In this document: positions 37,033-46,495 of the stretch, piece by piece
Position numbering within the stretch: the first letter of the stretch is position 1
Layout: every line of letters starts with the position of its first letter
Origin: Acidobacteriota bacterium
GTDB lineage: Bacteria > Acidobacteriota > UBA4820 > DSQY01
Assembly (NCBI GenBank): GCA_049967655.1
Contig: JBMFSH010000002.1
Coordinates: 64,001-128,000, forward strand
Direction: 5' to 3'
DNA: 64,000 nt
Translations under genes and position numbers: made by a program
The notes under the pieces: generated by a model
The model's database searches: none
Told to the model about the DNA's origin: nothing
What the model saw: only the letters and a program-made list of their open reading frames with translations

Positions 37033-37358
37033 GGTTGGCCTTCACTCCCGCCATCGGAGGCTGCTGCCGTCGTCTTTCGCCTGCGCGCCCGCCAACCCGC
37101 GAACCCGCAAACCACGCTCCCCGCCATGAGGATTCCCGCCGCCACCAGGAGGCGCTCGTGGTGCTCCAGCTCCCCCTACGCAAGGACCAGGAGGCGCCCG
37201 AGGAGATGGCCGCACGACAGCCAGACCAGCGCCCAGAGTGCTGCCGCAGCTACGTCCTTCGCAAAGAAGTTGGACCACGAAAGGCCGCGCGTGCCGGCAT
37301 AAAAGAGGTCGGTTGGCCTTACCCCTGCGGGGACGATATACTCATGCTCGAAGGTCAT
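37029..37358 (-). pseudogene. DedA/VTT-family C-terminal remnant with in-frame TAG
   Basis: VPAGVR....YAG..GLSWSNFFAKDVAAAALWALVWLSCGHLLG, TAG at 37176-37178, then in frame GELEHHERLLVAAGILMAGSVVCGFAGWRARRRK; the N-terminal half of DedA is not evident. Confidence 0.6.
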
Positions 37359-37425
37359 CGCCTGCCTGGCTGGCCGCCAAGGCGTGAAAGGGTCCTCGTC
37401 TGAAAGCGATCATAAGGGGCGCGCC

Positions 37426-38610
37426 ATGGAGAGTTTATCAAGAGTGGGTCTGGTTTTCTCGGGAGGTCCGGCGCCTGCGGCCAATGCGGTGATCTCGGCC
37501 GCCGCTCTGGCGTTCCTGGACAACGGGGTGGAAGTGGCGGGGCTACTGGACGGCTTCTCCCGGCTTCAAGGCACCGAGCCGCTCGCGGAGGGGAGGGACT
37601 TCCTGCTTCTGGATGCGAAGATCTCGGCCATCCGAAACCAGCCGGGCATCCACATTCGGACCTCCAGGGCCAATCCCGGCAAAGGCATACGCGGCGCCCA
37701 GGACCTGCGGGACCCCCACAAGACCGAGAAGCTGAGCGCGGTCGTCGCCTCTCTCAAGGCCATCGGAGTGCACGGATTGGTGACCATGGGCGGAGACGAC
37801 ACCCTCAAGACGGCCAATTACCTGCATTTGCTAGGCCTACCAGTTGTCCACGTGCCCAAGACCATCGACAACGACTACTTCGGAATCCCCTGGACCTTCG
37901 GTTACTGGACGGCCGTGGACACGGCGCAAAAGGCCCTGCTCAACCTGAAGTCGGACGCGGATTCGACCAACGCCTACTTCCTGGTGGAATTGATGGGAAG
38001 GAAGGCCGGCTGGATCACCTACGCCGCGGGCGTGGCGGGAGAGGCGTGCGACATCATCGCGGCGGAGGACATCCAGGGCGACGTGGATCCGGATGTCCTG
38101 GCCGACCGGCTGTGCGGCCTGCTCATCGCCCGGGAGAAGGAGGGGAGGACTTCCGGAGTCATCTGCATCGCCGAAGGACTGGCGGAGCGGCTTCCCGACC
38201 GGCTCAAGCCCAAGGAGATCGACCAGCACGGCAACCCCTATTACGGCCACGTGGAACTGTGCCGCACTTTGGCCCAAAGGGCCTCGGCCCTTTACAAGGA
38301 GCGGACCGGTCGTGAAAAGAAGATCACGCCCAAGCAGATCGGGTACGAAACACGCACGGCGCGGCCCATTTCCTATGACGTGGTCCTGGGCTCCATGCTG
38401 GGATACGGCGCCTACCGCCTCTGCGCCGAGGGGCGGTTTGGCCACATGGTGAGCGTCGAGGACAACTTCGCTCTCAAGGCCATCCCCTTTTCCGACCTGA
38501 TCGATCCCGAGACCCTCACCACGAGGATCCGCCTCGTCCCGAGGGAGTCCGACCTCTTTCGCCTGAAGGAGGCCCTATCGTTCCCGGTGCCTGGCCGACT
38601 GGACCTCTGA
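37426..38610 (+). CDS. 6-phosphofructokinase, probably PPi-dependent
   Basis: SGGPAPAAN, GGDDT, PKTIDND, MGR and GYE.R motifs; GGDD plus Lys indicates PPi use. Confidence 0.92.
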   Translation: MESLSRVGLVFSGGPAPAANAVISAAALAFLDNGVEVAGLLDGFSRLQGTEPLAEGRDFLLLDAKISAIRNQPGIHIRTSRANPGKGIRGAQDLRDPHKTEKLSAVVASLKAIGVHGLVTMGGDDTLKTANYLHLLGLPVVHVPKTIDNDYFGIPWTFGYWTAVDTAQKALLNLKSDADSTNAYFLVELMGRKAGWITYAAGVAGEACDIIAAEDIQGDVDPDVLADRLCGLLIAREKEGRTSGVICIAEGLAERLPDRLKPKEIDQHGNPYYGHVELCRTLAQRASALYKERTGREKKITPKQIGYETRTARPISYDVVLGSMLGYGAYRLCAEGRFGHMVSVEDNFALKAIPFSDLIDPETLTTRIRLVPRESDLFRLKEALSFPVPGRLDL

Positions 38611-38763
38611 GGCGCGCGCGCTCGGCGATGGCGCTGGACGGGGCCTATAAGCCCAGGTTGAGGCTTGAGCATTGAAGGTGCACGGGATCGCTGGGGCCAT
38701 GCCCCTTCCTGCGATCCTGGCCTTGTGCTAAGCTGGCTTTCCGTTTTCAGTGGAGGGTGCGGT

Positions 38764-39513
38764 ATGTCCGGTCACAGCAAATGGGCCAACATCAAGGCAC
38801 GCAAGGGCGCCCAGGACGCCAGGCGCGGCCACTTGTTCACGAAGACCGCCAAGGAGATCATCATCGCCGCCCGACTCGGTGGCGGCGATCCTGACGGCAA
38901 CCCGCGCCTGCGGAGCGCCATCCAGGCCGCGCGTGCGATCAACATGCCCAACGACAACATTAAGCGAGCCATTCAAAGGGGAACCGGAGAACTAGCCGGC
39001 GAAACCATCGAAGAGGTCCTCTACGAAGGGTACGGACCCTCCGGCGTGGCGATCCTGGTCGAGGCCACCTCCGACAACCGGAACCGCACCACCGGCGAGA
39101 TCCGGCACCTGTTCAGCAAGTACGGAGGCAACCTGGGGGTGAGCGGGGCGGTGTCGCGCTTCTTCGTCCGGCAGGGAGAGATCACCATCCCCTCCGAAGG
39201 GCTTACCGAGGAGAAGGTCTTCGAGGCCGCCATCGAGGCTGGCGCCGAGGATGTCCGGAACGACGGCGAGTCGTTTACGGTTGTGACAGCTTTTGAAGAG
39301 CTGAACGCTGTGGCTGGCGCCCTGACCAAGGCCGGGCTTCCAGTCCAGAAGGTGGAGCCGGTGTACAATCCCACCCTGACGGTCAGCCTCAAGGGCGAGA
39401 ACGCAAAGGGGCTTCTCAAGCTCATCGACGCGCTCGAGGACAACGACGACGTGGCCCACGTCTGGGCCAATTTCGACATCGACGAGAAGGATCTGGAGGC
39501 ATTCACCGAGTGA
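38764..39513 (+). CDS. yebC: YebC/PmpR family protein
   Basis: MSGHSKWANIK, YEGYGP.GVA, DNRNRT and LEDNDDV motifs. Confidence 0.96.
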   Translation: MSGHSKWANIKARKGAQDARRGHLFTKTAKEIIIAARLGGGDPDGNPRLRSAIQAARAINMPNDNIKRAIQRGTGELAGETIEEVLYEGYGPSGVAILVEATSDNRNRTTGEIRHLFSKYGGNLGVSGAVSRFFVRQGEITIPSEGLTEEKVFEAAIEAGAEDVRNDGESFTVVTAFEELNAVAGALTKAGLPVQKVEPVYNPTLTVSLKGENAKGLLKLIDALEDNDDVAHVWANFDIDEKDLEAFTE

Positions 39514-40007
39514 CCGTGGTGCTGGGGGTGGACTCGGGGTCTCTCTGCACGGGATTCGGGGTCGTGCAGGCGCGGGGAAGCTCTTACCGTGCGCTGGAGT
39601 TCGGTGCCATCCGCAACCCCAGCACGGCCACCCATCCAGAGCGCCTCGGCAGAATCCATGAGGCGCTCCGTGAGGTCATCGCTAGGCACCGCCCCGAGCT
39701 TCTGGCCATCGAGGGTGTGTTCGTCTCCAAGAATGCCCAGAGCGCCCTCAAGCTGGGGCAGGTCCGCGGTGCGGTCATGGTGACGGCCCTCCAGGCGGGA
39801 TTGGAGGTCCGCGAGTACTCCCCGGCGGAGGTGAAGATGGCCGTTACGGGTTACGGGAGGGCCGAGAAGCAACAGGTGCAGACGATGGTCCGGGCCATCC
39901 TCGGGTTGTCCTCCGTACCGCGGCCCCACGACGCGGCAGACGCCCTGGCTCTCGCCATCTGCGCCCTCAATCGGCGGGGATGGGACGGCAGGACGGCTCA
40001 CCCATGA
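39510..40007 (+). CDS. ruvC: Holliday junction resolvase RuvC
   Basis: LGVDSG, AIE.VF, LGQVRG, VK.AVTGYGRAEKQQV and DAADALA motifs. Confidence 0.96.
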   Translation: MTVVLGVDSGSLCTGFGVVQARGSSYRALEFGAIRNPSTATHPERLGRIHEALREVIARHRPELLAIEGVFVSKNAQSALKLGQVRGAVMVTALQAGLEVREYSPAEVKMAVTGYGRAEKQQVQTMVRAILGLSSVPRPHDAADALALAICALNRRGWDGRTAHP

Positions 40008-40597
40008 TCGCGCGACTAAGGGGCAGGCTCCTTGAAAGGGAGCCGTCGGGCCTTGTTATTGAGGCGGGAGGCGTCGGCTACGCCGTGGCCGTTCCCCTTT
40101 CCACCTTCACCAGACTGGCCGGGGAGGAGGTCGACCTCTTCATCCACACCGAGGTCCGGTCCGACGCCATCCTGCTCTTCGGCTTCCTGAGCAAAGGGGA
40201 GCGGGAGGTTTTCCGCCAGCTTCTGAGCGTGCAAGGCGTCGGACCCATGACGGCCTTGGCCGTCCTCTCGGGGCTCACCCTCGGAGAATTGGTGGAGGCC
40301 GTTCGTTCCGGAGACACGAGCCGCTTCAGGGGCATTCCCCGTGTGGGAAAGAAAACGGCCGAACGCATCTGCCTGGAGCTGCGCGAAAAGCTCAACGTGG
40401 GACCGCCTTCCGAGGTCATCCCGCAGGAGCCCGTGGAGAGCCTTCCCGCCGACCTTTCGGACGCCCTGCTCGCCCTGGTGAATTTGGGGTACCGGACCCA
40501 GGAGGCGCGGGAGGTTCTTCTCGGGGCTCAGCGGGAGGCCCCCGAGGGGCCTATCGAAGCTTGGATTCGTATCGCCCTCAGGGCCCTGGCTCGCTGA
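40004..40597 (+). CDS. ruvA: Holliday junction branch migration protein RuvA
   Basis: MIARLRG, GVGY, LFGF, VQGVGP, PRVGKKTAERI and ALVNLGY motifs. Confidence 0.96.
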   Translation: MIARLRGRLLEREPSGLVIEAGGVGYAVAVPLSTFTRLAGEEVDLFIHTEVRSDAILLFGFLSKGEREVFRQLLSVQGVGPMTALAVLSGLTLGELVEAVRSGDTSRFRGIPRVGKKTAERICLELREKLNVGPPSEVIPQEPVESLPADLSDALLALVNLGYRTQEAREVLLGAQREAPEGPIEAWIRIALRALAR

Positions 40598-40736
40598 GGC
40601 CTCTACCCTGATCCGCCCGTGACGCGCCACCGCTTCGCCTTCCCCAGCCGGGAAACTCTCATGCGCGGGCCAGTCCTCCGCCGGAGCAGCGAAAGCGCCG
40701 GCCCACCTCCTCATCTTTGCCGTTATCAGGAAAGAA

Positions 40737-41429
40737 TCAGCCGCCCGACTGGGCCTTGGCGCGGAGCTCCTCGTCCACGAAATGCTGGATCCGCGCCTTT
40801 TCCTCCTGGCTCAGATCCTCGAACTGCACCCCGTAGGCGTTCAGGCGAGTACTCACCTCCCGCGCCTCCCTAACCACGACGCCGTTGACGCGGACCTTTT
40901 CGCGTTCCCGCGGAAGCGTGATCTGCAAGACCAGCCGCTCACCCATTTTAAGGCGCCGCGCGGTGAGAATGAGAATGCCGGAGGCACTGAGGTTGATGGA
41001 GTTGCAGAGGAACATGCTGGATTGGAGGTAGCCCTGGACCTGAACGTACACCAGAAGCCGGGCATCCTTCCGCGCTTCGATGGTGAGGAGCTTTTTGCAG
41101 GCCTGGTTCAGGTCATGGCCCGAGACGGGCTTCGGGAGAACCAGGTTGACACCTTCGCCAGGCAGCGCTTCCGGGAGCGAACCCAAGAGGATGACCCCGC
41201 ATTGCCTGCCTTCGGAAGACTCCCGTATTTTCTTGATCATCTCGGGCACCGGCATGTCGCTGACGTGGTCGTCGGTGATGATGAGCTGGGGCTGAAACTG
41301 CCGGACCTTATCGAGAGCCTCGGCCCCCGTAGCGGCCCTGATAAGCTCGTGCTCCTTGCGGAGCAACAGGCTCTGCTCGAAGGGGACCACCGGGATTCCG
41401 CTCTCTACCACCAGAATGCGCTTGCCCAT
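40737..41429 (-). CDS. receiver-like domain fused to PilZ domain
   Basis: KRILVV..., GAEAL, LIITD and KP (receiver); RKDAR and NLSASG (PilZ RxxxR and D/NxSxxG). Confidence 0.85.
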   Translation of the reverse strand: MGKRILVVESGIPVVPFEQSLLLRKEHELIRAATGAEALDKVRQFQPQLIITDDHVSDMPVPEMIKKIRESSEGRQCGVILLGSLPEALPGEGVNLVLPKPVSGHDLNQACKKLLTIEARKDARLLVYVQVQGYLQSSMFLCNSINLSASGILILTARRLKMGERLVLQITLPREREKVRVNGVVVREAREVSTRLNAYGVQFEDLSQEEKARIQHFVDEELRAKAQSGG

Positions 41430-41473
41430 GCCCCTACCCCCGGCACGAAATCGCCGCCGGCACTGCTGCTTCC

Positions 41474-41502
41474 AGTGTAGCCTCGTCGGGAGGGCGGCGC
41501 AA
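41474..41502 (-). promoter_or_regulatory. putative promoter of the REC-PilZ gene
   Basis: Minus strand TTGCGC-N17-TACACT. Confidence 0.45.
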
Positions 41503-41511
41503 GCCCGGTTC

Positions 41512-42465
41512 TCAGGACCTTGGTGGTGCGGGCTCCTCGTAGGGAAAGAGCGGAGTTGAGAGATAACGCTCTCCGGTGTCGCACACGATGCTGACGACGC
41601 GCTTGCCGGGGCCGAGTTCCCTCGCGACCTGCAAGGCGGCGCTCAGGATGCCGCCCGAGGAGATGCCCGCCAGGATGCCCTCCTCCCTGGCCAGCCTCCG
41701 AGCGGTCTCCAAAGACTCCTCGTAGGTGATTTGGATGACCCGATCCACCACCTCCGAGTCGTAGTTCCGCGGCACGAAGCCCGCTCCCAGTCCCTGAATT
41801 TTGTGCGGCCCCGGCTGTCCTCCGGAGAGCACCGGCGAGTCCGCCGGTTCCACCGCCACGACCAAGATCTGCGCCCCCAGGGTGGCCTTCAGCATCCTTC
41901 CCACGCCGGCCACCGTACCACCCGTGCCCACGCCAGCGATGAAGGCATCCAGCCGCCCTCTCGTATCCCGGATCACCTCGGCAGCGGTCGTGTTCCGGTG
42001 GACGGCGGGATTGGCCGGATTGTCGAACTGACCCGGCATGAAGGCCCCGGCGCGCTCTGAGAGGAGCCGCTCCGCCTCCGCCATGGCCCCCTTCATGCCC
42101 TTCGCACCGGGGGTCAGGACCAGCTTGGCCCCGTAAGCCTGAAGCAGCCTCCGGCGCTCAAGAGACATGGTCTCCGGCATGACGAGAGTCAAGGGGTACC
42201 CCCGCTGCGCGCAGACCATGGCGAGGGCGATGCCGGTGTTCCCGGAAGTGGCCTCGATCACGGACATGCCGGGCTTGAGCTGCCCGCTGGCCTCCGCGGC
42301 CGCGATCATGGCGGACCCAATGCGGTCCTTCACGCTCCCCGCGGGATTGAAGGACTCTAGCTTCACGCAGAGCTCCGCCATCCCCTCTTCCACCATCCGC
42401 GAAAGCCGCACCAGGGGGGTGTCGCCGATAGTCTCCGTGATGTCGTTGTAAATACGTCCGCTCAT
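41512..42465 (-). CDS. cysK: cysteine synthase A
   Basis: NPAGSVKDR (PLP Lys), TSGNTG, GTGGT, HKIQG and DTGERYLST motifs. Confidence 0.96.
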   Translation of the reverse strand: MSGRIYNDITETIGDTPLVRLSRMVEEGMAELCVKLESFNPAGSVKDRIGSAMIAAAEASGQLKPGMSVIEATSGNTGIALAMVCAQRGYPLTLVMPETMSLERRRLLQAYGAKLVLTPGAKGMKGAMAEAERLLSERAGAFMPGQFDNPANPAVHRNTTAAEVIRDTRGRLDAFIAGVGTGGTVAGVGRMLKATLGAQILVVAVEPADSPVLSGGQPGPHKIQGLGAGFVPRNYDSEVVDRVIQITYEESLETARRLAREEGILAGISSGGILSAALQVARELGPGKRVVSIVCDTGERYLSTPLFPYEEPAPPRS

Positions 42466-42483
42466 GGCAGTTCTCCTTCTTCC

Positions 42484-43116
42484 TTACACCCCGATCCTGG
42501 GGCAGAGGTCTTCCAGGGGGCAGAGCTCGCAGGCCGGCCTCCTTGCCGCGCACACCCGTCTCCCGTGCTCGATCAGACGATGGCTCAGAGGGACCCAGTC
42601 CTCTCTTCGAAATTCTTTCATCAGGTCCGATTCGATCTTCTCGGCCGTCGTGGCGGAGGAGAACCCGAGCCTCGCCGCCAGGCGGGCCACGTGCGTGTCC
42701 ACCACCACCCCTTCGCTCTTGCCGAACACGTTTCCCAGGACCACGTTGGCCGTCTTCCTCGCCACGCCCGGCAGCCGGACCAGCTCCTCCATGGTGCCGG
42801 GTATCTCGCCGCCGTGCTCCGTGACGATCATGCGGGCCGCTCCCAGCAGGGATTTCGCCTTGTTCCTGTAGCACCCGGTGGAGCGGATCATCCCCTCCAA
42901 CTCCTGCGGGTCTGCGGCCGCCAGGGAAGAGGCGTCGGGGAAGCACGCGAAAAGCGGGGGCGTCACCCGATTCACCCGCTCGTCGGTGCACTGCGCCGAC
43001 AGGACGGTGGCCACCAGAAGCTCGTAGGCATTACGGTGGAGGAGGCTGCACGAGGCCCGCGGGTAGGCCTCGGCAAGCCTCTCCCCAATGGCCTGGCAGG
43101 GGGCGATTCCCTTCAT
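42484..43116 (-). CDS. nth: endonuclease III
   Basis: LSAQCTD, LPGVARKTANVV HhH, VDTHV, C-x6-C-x2-C-x5-C Fe-S motif. Confidence 0.96.
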   Translation of the reverse strand: MKGIAPCQAIGERLAEAYPRASCSLLHRNAYELLVATVLSAQCTDERVNRVTPPLFACFPDASSLAAADPQELEGMIRSTGCYRNKAKSLLGAARMIVTEHGGEIPGTMEELVRLPGVARKTANVVLGNVFGKSEGVVVDTHVARLAARLGFSSATTAEKIESDLMKEFRREDWVPLSHRLIEHGRRVCAARRPACELCPLEDLCPRIGV

Positions 43117-43126
43117 CTGGCCTCCC

Positions 43127-46100
43127 TCATGGTCCCGCCGTGGGACCCTGGATCTTCGTCTCCGGGGCGCTCGACTTCAGCGCCTTGATATGGTTGATTA
43201 ACTGCCAGATGCTGATGGTATTCCCTCGGGGAATTCGTACCTCGTAAGAGAAGTCCTGCCGAAGGATCGCCTTGAGAGGGTTGGCTTCATGCAGGAGCAC
43301 GAGCCGGTAAAAGGAGAGCTCTCCTCCGTCCAGACCGCAGCGCAGGGAGGCCTGGTCATAGGGTAAGGTAGAGCTGTGCGTAAGGCTTCTTATTCGCTCG
43401 CCCCCTATGCGGACCAGGAAATCGCGCCCGATCAGCATGGGCTCCGCCCCCCGAGGATCGACCCACAGGTCGCCGAGAGCCCGGATACGGCTGAGACCGA
43501 GGCCCTCCCCTCCGAAGGTGAGGCTGCCGTCCAAGTCGCCAGAGAGGTCTCCCGCCAGCGATCCAGACTGGGAGCAGAAGGCCTTGAGGCTGGCCCGGTC
43601 GAGGAGAATCTGACCGGCGTAGCGGATGCCTGCTTCACTTAGAGAAAGCCTGGCCTCGCCCTGCAGCTCTCCATCCCATAGCTTCCCCTTGGTGGCCCTG
43701 AGATCCATGAGCCCCTGCCGGGTGCTCGACGACAGCTCCAGGTCGTCTGCGTGAAAGACGCTGTACCGGATGCGGCGGATGCTTAGGGCTTCGCCCCCTG
43801 GAAGAGGAAGGCCCAAGGCCCGCGCGCCCTCCCCGAGATCCGCGCTTCCCCGCTGCTGAAAGCCGGGGATGGCGAGGGTATCCTTCCCGAGGATGACCTC
43901 CATGGGGAGCCTTCCTTCCATCCCCGCCACCTTGAGCGATTTGTCTTCAGAGAGAAAGCTGGCGCCGTTCAGCTCCAGGTCGCACCGCAGGATGGGCTGG
44001 CTCCCCGTGAGGTCGAGGCTTCCGGAAACGGCGCCCTGCCCTTCAACCGTCCCGTAGCCCAGATACTCCGGCAGGAAGTCGAAGAAGGCGTTCTGGAGCT
44101 CCGCCGCGGCGACCCTTGGGACCGAAAACTGGAGGCGAAGGCCTCCGCCGACCGATTGGGCCTCGGCCTTCACGGGCAGCTTGCCGCCCTCCAGGCTTGC
44201 CCCTTCGGTGCGCAGCGCAAACCCATTCTTGCCGTAATCCATCAGCATGAGCCCGGAGAGTTTCCGCAGGGTACGGTCCGGGCTGCCGAACTGAAGAGTG
44301 GAGTCTCTGACGGTCAGCCTCCCCTTGATGGCCGGCGGGCTCTCTCCCAGGTCGGCGTCGCCTTCCACATCGGCCCTGCCCCCGGCCACGCTGAAGGGCA
44401 TGGGCACGGTAGCGCGAAGGAAATCGGCCATGGGCTTGGCTTCCACGTCCTTCAGCCGAATCGAAACCCGCGGCGCGGAGCCGGCGACCGACTCTACCGT
44501 GGCCTGCCATGGCCCGCCCCAGTGGGTTCCCGCGGCTTCGAGGCCGTAGCTGGAGACCGCCGGATCGATCTTCCACGCTCCCTTCGCCGCGCCCAACTGC
44601 TCCGAGCGGAGCGAGATCCCCTCGCAGCGCCAATCTCCCTGCCGAGCCGCGAGGGGGGTGAAGGGCGCCTCCAATCCCTTGACGACGAACTGGCCGCCGA
44701 AGAGCGAGAGGTTCGCCTGGCTGATTCCCGCTCGCACCGCGCCGCCGAGATCTTCCAGGCGAAGGCTTCCGCGGGCTTGGCCCTCCAGAAAGGGGAGCCC
44801 GGCGGAGAAGTCGGCATCCGCGCGCCCCTCCCTTCCCCTTCCCGAGAGAGCCAGATCCTTCAGCTCCTTGCCCCAGCCCTCGGCGCGCGCCACTTTCATG
44901 GTCCCCCACCAGCGGCCGCCCTCACCCGCGACCTTCACCTGGACGCCCTCAAGGGAGAGCTTGCTCCCCCTGAGCTGCCCGGCGGAGACGTCGGCGCTCC
45001 AAGCTCCCTCTTCACTCCGAAAGCGCCAGGACCCTCCTCCCTTGGCATCCAGATCCAGCGTGCGCAGGGAGGTTCCCTCCCCAGAGGCGGAAAGGGTACC
45101 CACCAAGCCACCTTCGGGCATCGGCCAGGCCCCGCCCATCCCCCGCCAAGCACCCTGACCCCGAAGGGTCCAGGCCTTCCCCCGCGCCTCGCCCTCCAGA
45201 TCCATGCTCCCAGACGGACCCTGCAGTGTTCCGGATAGCGACAGCTTCCCCGAGGTGAAGATGGAGCGAAAATCCGCACCCAATTTCCCCCAGCGGAGGG
45301 TCAGCGAACCCACCGGATAGCCTCCCGTTCCGGGTGCCAGCCATCCCGCGAGGCGGGGGGCGCCCGAAGGCGGGGCCCTCCTGGCCAGTCCCGTCTCTGC
45401 TGAGAATCCCAGGCTCCATGCCTTGCCCTCCGTTTCCAGCCAATCCACGTTCGCCCGCAGCGGCATGGGTGCGCCTCCGCGGGAGTTCGCCCACAAACCA
45501 TGCAGGCAGGCGGAAATGCAAGTGGATGGAAGCTCGTTTTCGTGAGGGGTTGGATGATAATGTAAAGTTAGGATCGGGTCTTGGATACGGCCGATTCCCT
45601 TCACCATCGGAGAGGCCAGGAGTAGTTCTCCCGCCAGATATCTGATCGAGCTTCCGGGGGAACCGGGGGCTCCTCCCGGGGCCACGACCGCGCAGGCGAC
45701 CCCGCCGCCCTCCAGTGACCCCGGATTCCAGAGAGCGAACTGGGCGTTGCCGCCTCTCACGACCCTTCCCTCAATCCCCCAACTCCGACCGTTGGGCCAG
45801 CCCTCCAGATCGGTGGAGATTTGGTCCGGGGTCCAGCCGCATCGCCCGATGGCCAGAGTCTTCCCTCCCCTGAGGAAGAGCAGGTCGGCGGATCCTCCTC
45901 CGCGGCTCCAACTCCCGGAGAGGTCCAGCGCTCCTTCTGCTCCGCTCACGTGAGCGGCCCAGGTGCCCTCCCCCCCTCCGCGCCGGCCGCCCACCCATCC
46001 GATTCCCCGCCAGAGACCGGCAGGACTTTCGATGCGAAGATCTCCTACCCGAAGATCCAGGGGCAGATTCAACACCCAGCCTTGGGGGCTTCCTGCGCCT

Positions 46101-46495
46101 TGGCCGAGTGACGGCCATCCCGCCGCGAACGGCCTCACCGCGATCCTTGCGACTTGCCCCGTCGGAAGCCCCCAGAGATCTTCCAGCCGCAGATCCTTCA
46201 GCGATAGGAGGGGGGCCTTCACCGGACCCAGCTCGGCGTCCTGGGCGCTCAACCGTCCCCAAAGGTCCAGGCGGAGCCCCGACCACCGCACGCCGACGCC
46301 CCGGAAGAGGCCGGAACCTTCCGGGGACGCGATGTCGAGGGTCAGGAGGTGAACGCGGATGGGCGGCCTCGCGCCGAGCCAATGGCCCAGCCACGCCGAC
46401 GCCGCCCATCCTGCTCCCTCCTGAAGGAGCCCCAGAATCAGGACCGTGTAGGTTGCCCATCCCACGAGCCGGCGAAGCCGGCGCGGGGCGCTCAT
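43127..46495 (-). CDS. large membrane-anchored beta-rich protein, AsmA/YdbH-like
   Basis: ATG 46495 overlaps the lnt stop; N-terminal TM helix, then about 1100 aa of Gly-rich amphipathic beta repeats (LSGDLDGSLTFG and similar). Confidence 0.6.
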   Translation of the reverse strand: MSAPRRLRRLVGWATYTVLILGLLQEGAGWAASAWLGHWLGARPPIRVHLLTLDIASPEGSGLFRGVGVRWSGLRLDLWGRLSAQDAELGPVKAPLLSLKDLRLEDLWGLPTGQVARIAVRPFAAGWPSLGQGAGSPQGWVLNLPLDLRVGDLRIESPAGLWRGIGWVGGRRGGGEGTWAAHVSGAEGALDLSGSWSRGGGSADLLFLRGGKTLAIGRCGWTPDQISTDLEGWPNGRSWGIEGRVVRGGNAQFALWNPGSLEGGGVACAVVAPGGAPGSPGSSIRYLAGELLLASPMVKGIGRIQDPILTLHYHPTPHENELPSTCISACLHGLWANSRGGAPMPLRANVDWLETEGKAWSLGFSAETGLARRAPPSGAPRLAGWLAPGTGGYPVGSLTLRWGKLGADFRSIFTSGKLSLSGTLQGPSGSMDLEGEARGKAWTLRGQGAWRGMGGAWPMPEGGLVGTLSASGEGTSLRTLDLDAKGGGSWRFRSEEGAWSADVSAGQLRGSKLSLEGVQVKVAGEGGRWWGTMKVARAEGWGKELKDLALSGRGREGRADADFSAGLPFLEGQARGSLRLEDLGGAVRAGISQANLSLFGGQFVVKGLEAPFTPLAARQGDWRCEGISLRSEQLGAAKGAWKIDPAVSSYGLEAAGTHWGGPWQATVESVAGSAPRVSIRLKDVEAKPMADFLRATVPMPFSVAGGRADVEGDADLGESPPAIKGRLTVRDSTLQFGSPDRTLRKLSGLMLMDYGKNGFALRTEGASLEGGKLPVKAEAQSVGGGLRLQFSVPRVAAAELQNAFFDFLPEYLGYGTVEGQGAVSGSLDLTGSQPILRCDLELNGASFLSEDKSLKVAGMEGRLPMEVILGKDTLAIPGFQQRGSADLGEGARALGLPLPGGEALSIRRIRYSVFHADDLELSSSTRQGLMDLRATKGKLWDGELQGEARLSLSEAGIRYAGQILLDRASLKAFCSQSGSLAGDLSGDLDGSLTFGGEGLGLSRIRALGDLWVDPRGAEPMLIGRDFLVRIGGERIRSLTHSSTLPYDQASLRCGLDGGELSFYRLVLLHEANPLKAILRQDFSYEVRIPRGNTISIWQLINHIKALKSSAPETKIQGPTAGP

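Noticed and set aside
37035..37403. 122-aa plus-strand ORF between ssrA and pfk
   Set aside because: No motifs; the opposite strand carries the DedA-like signal
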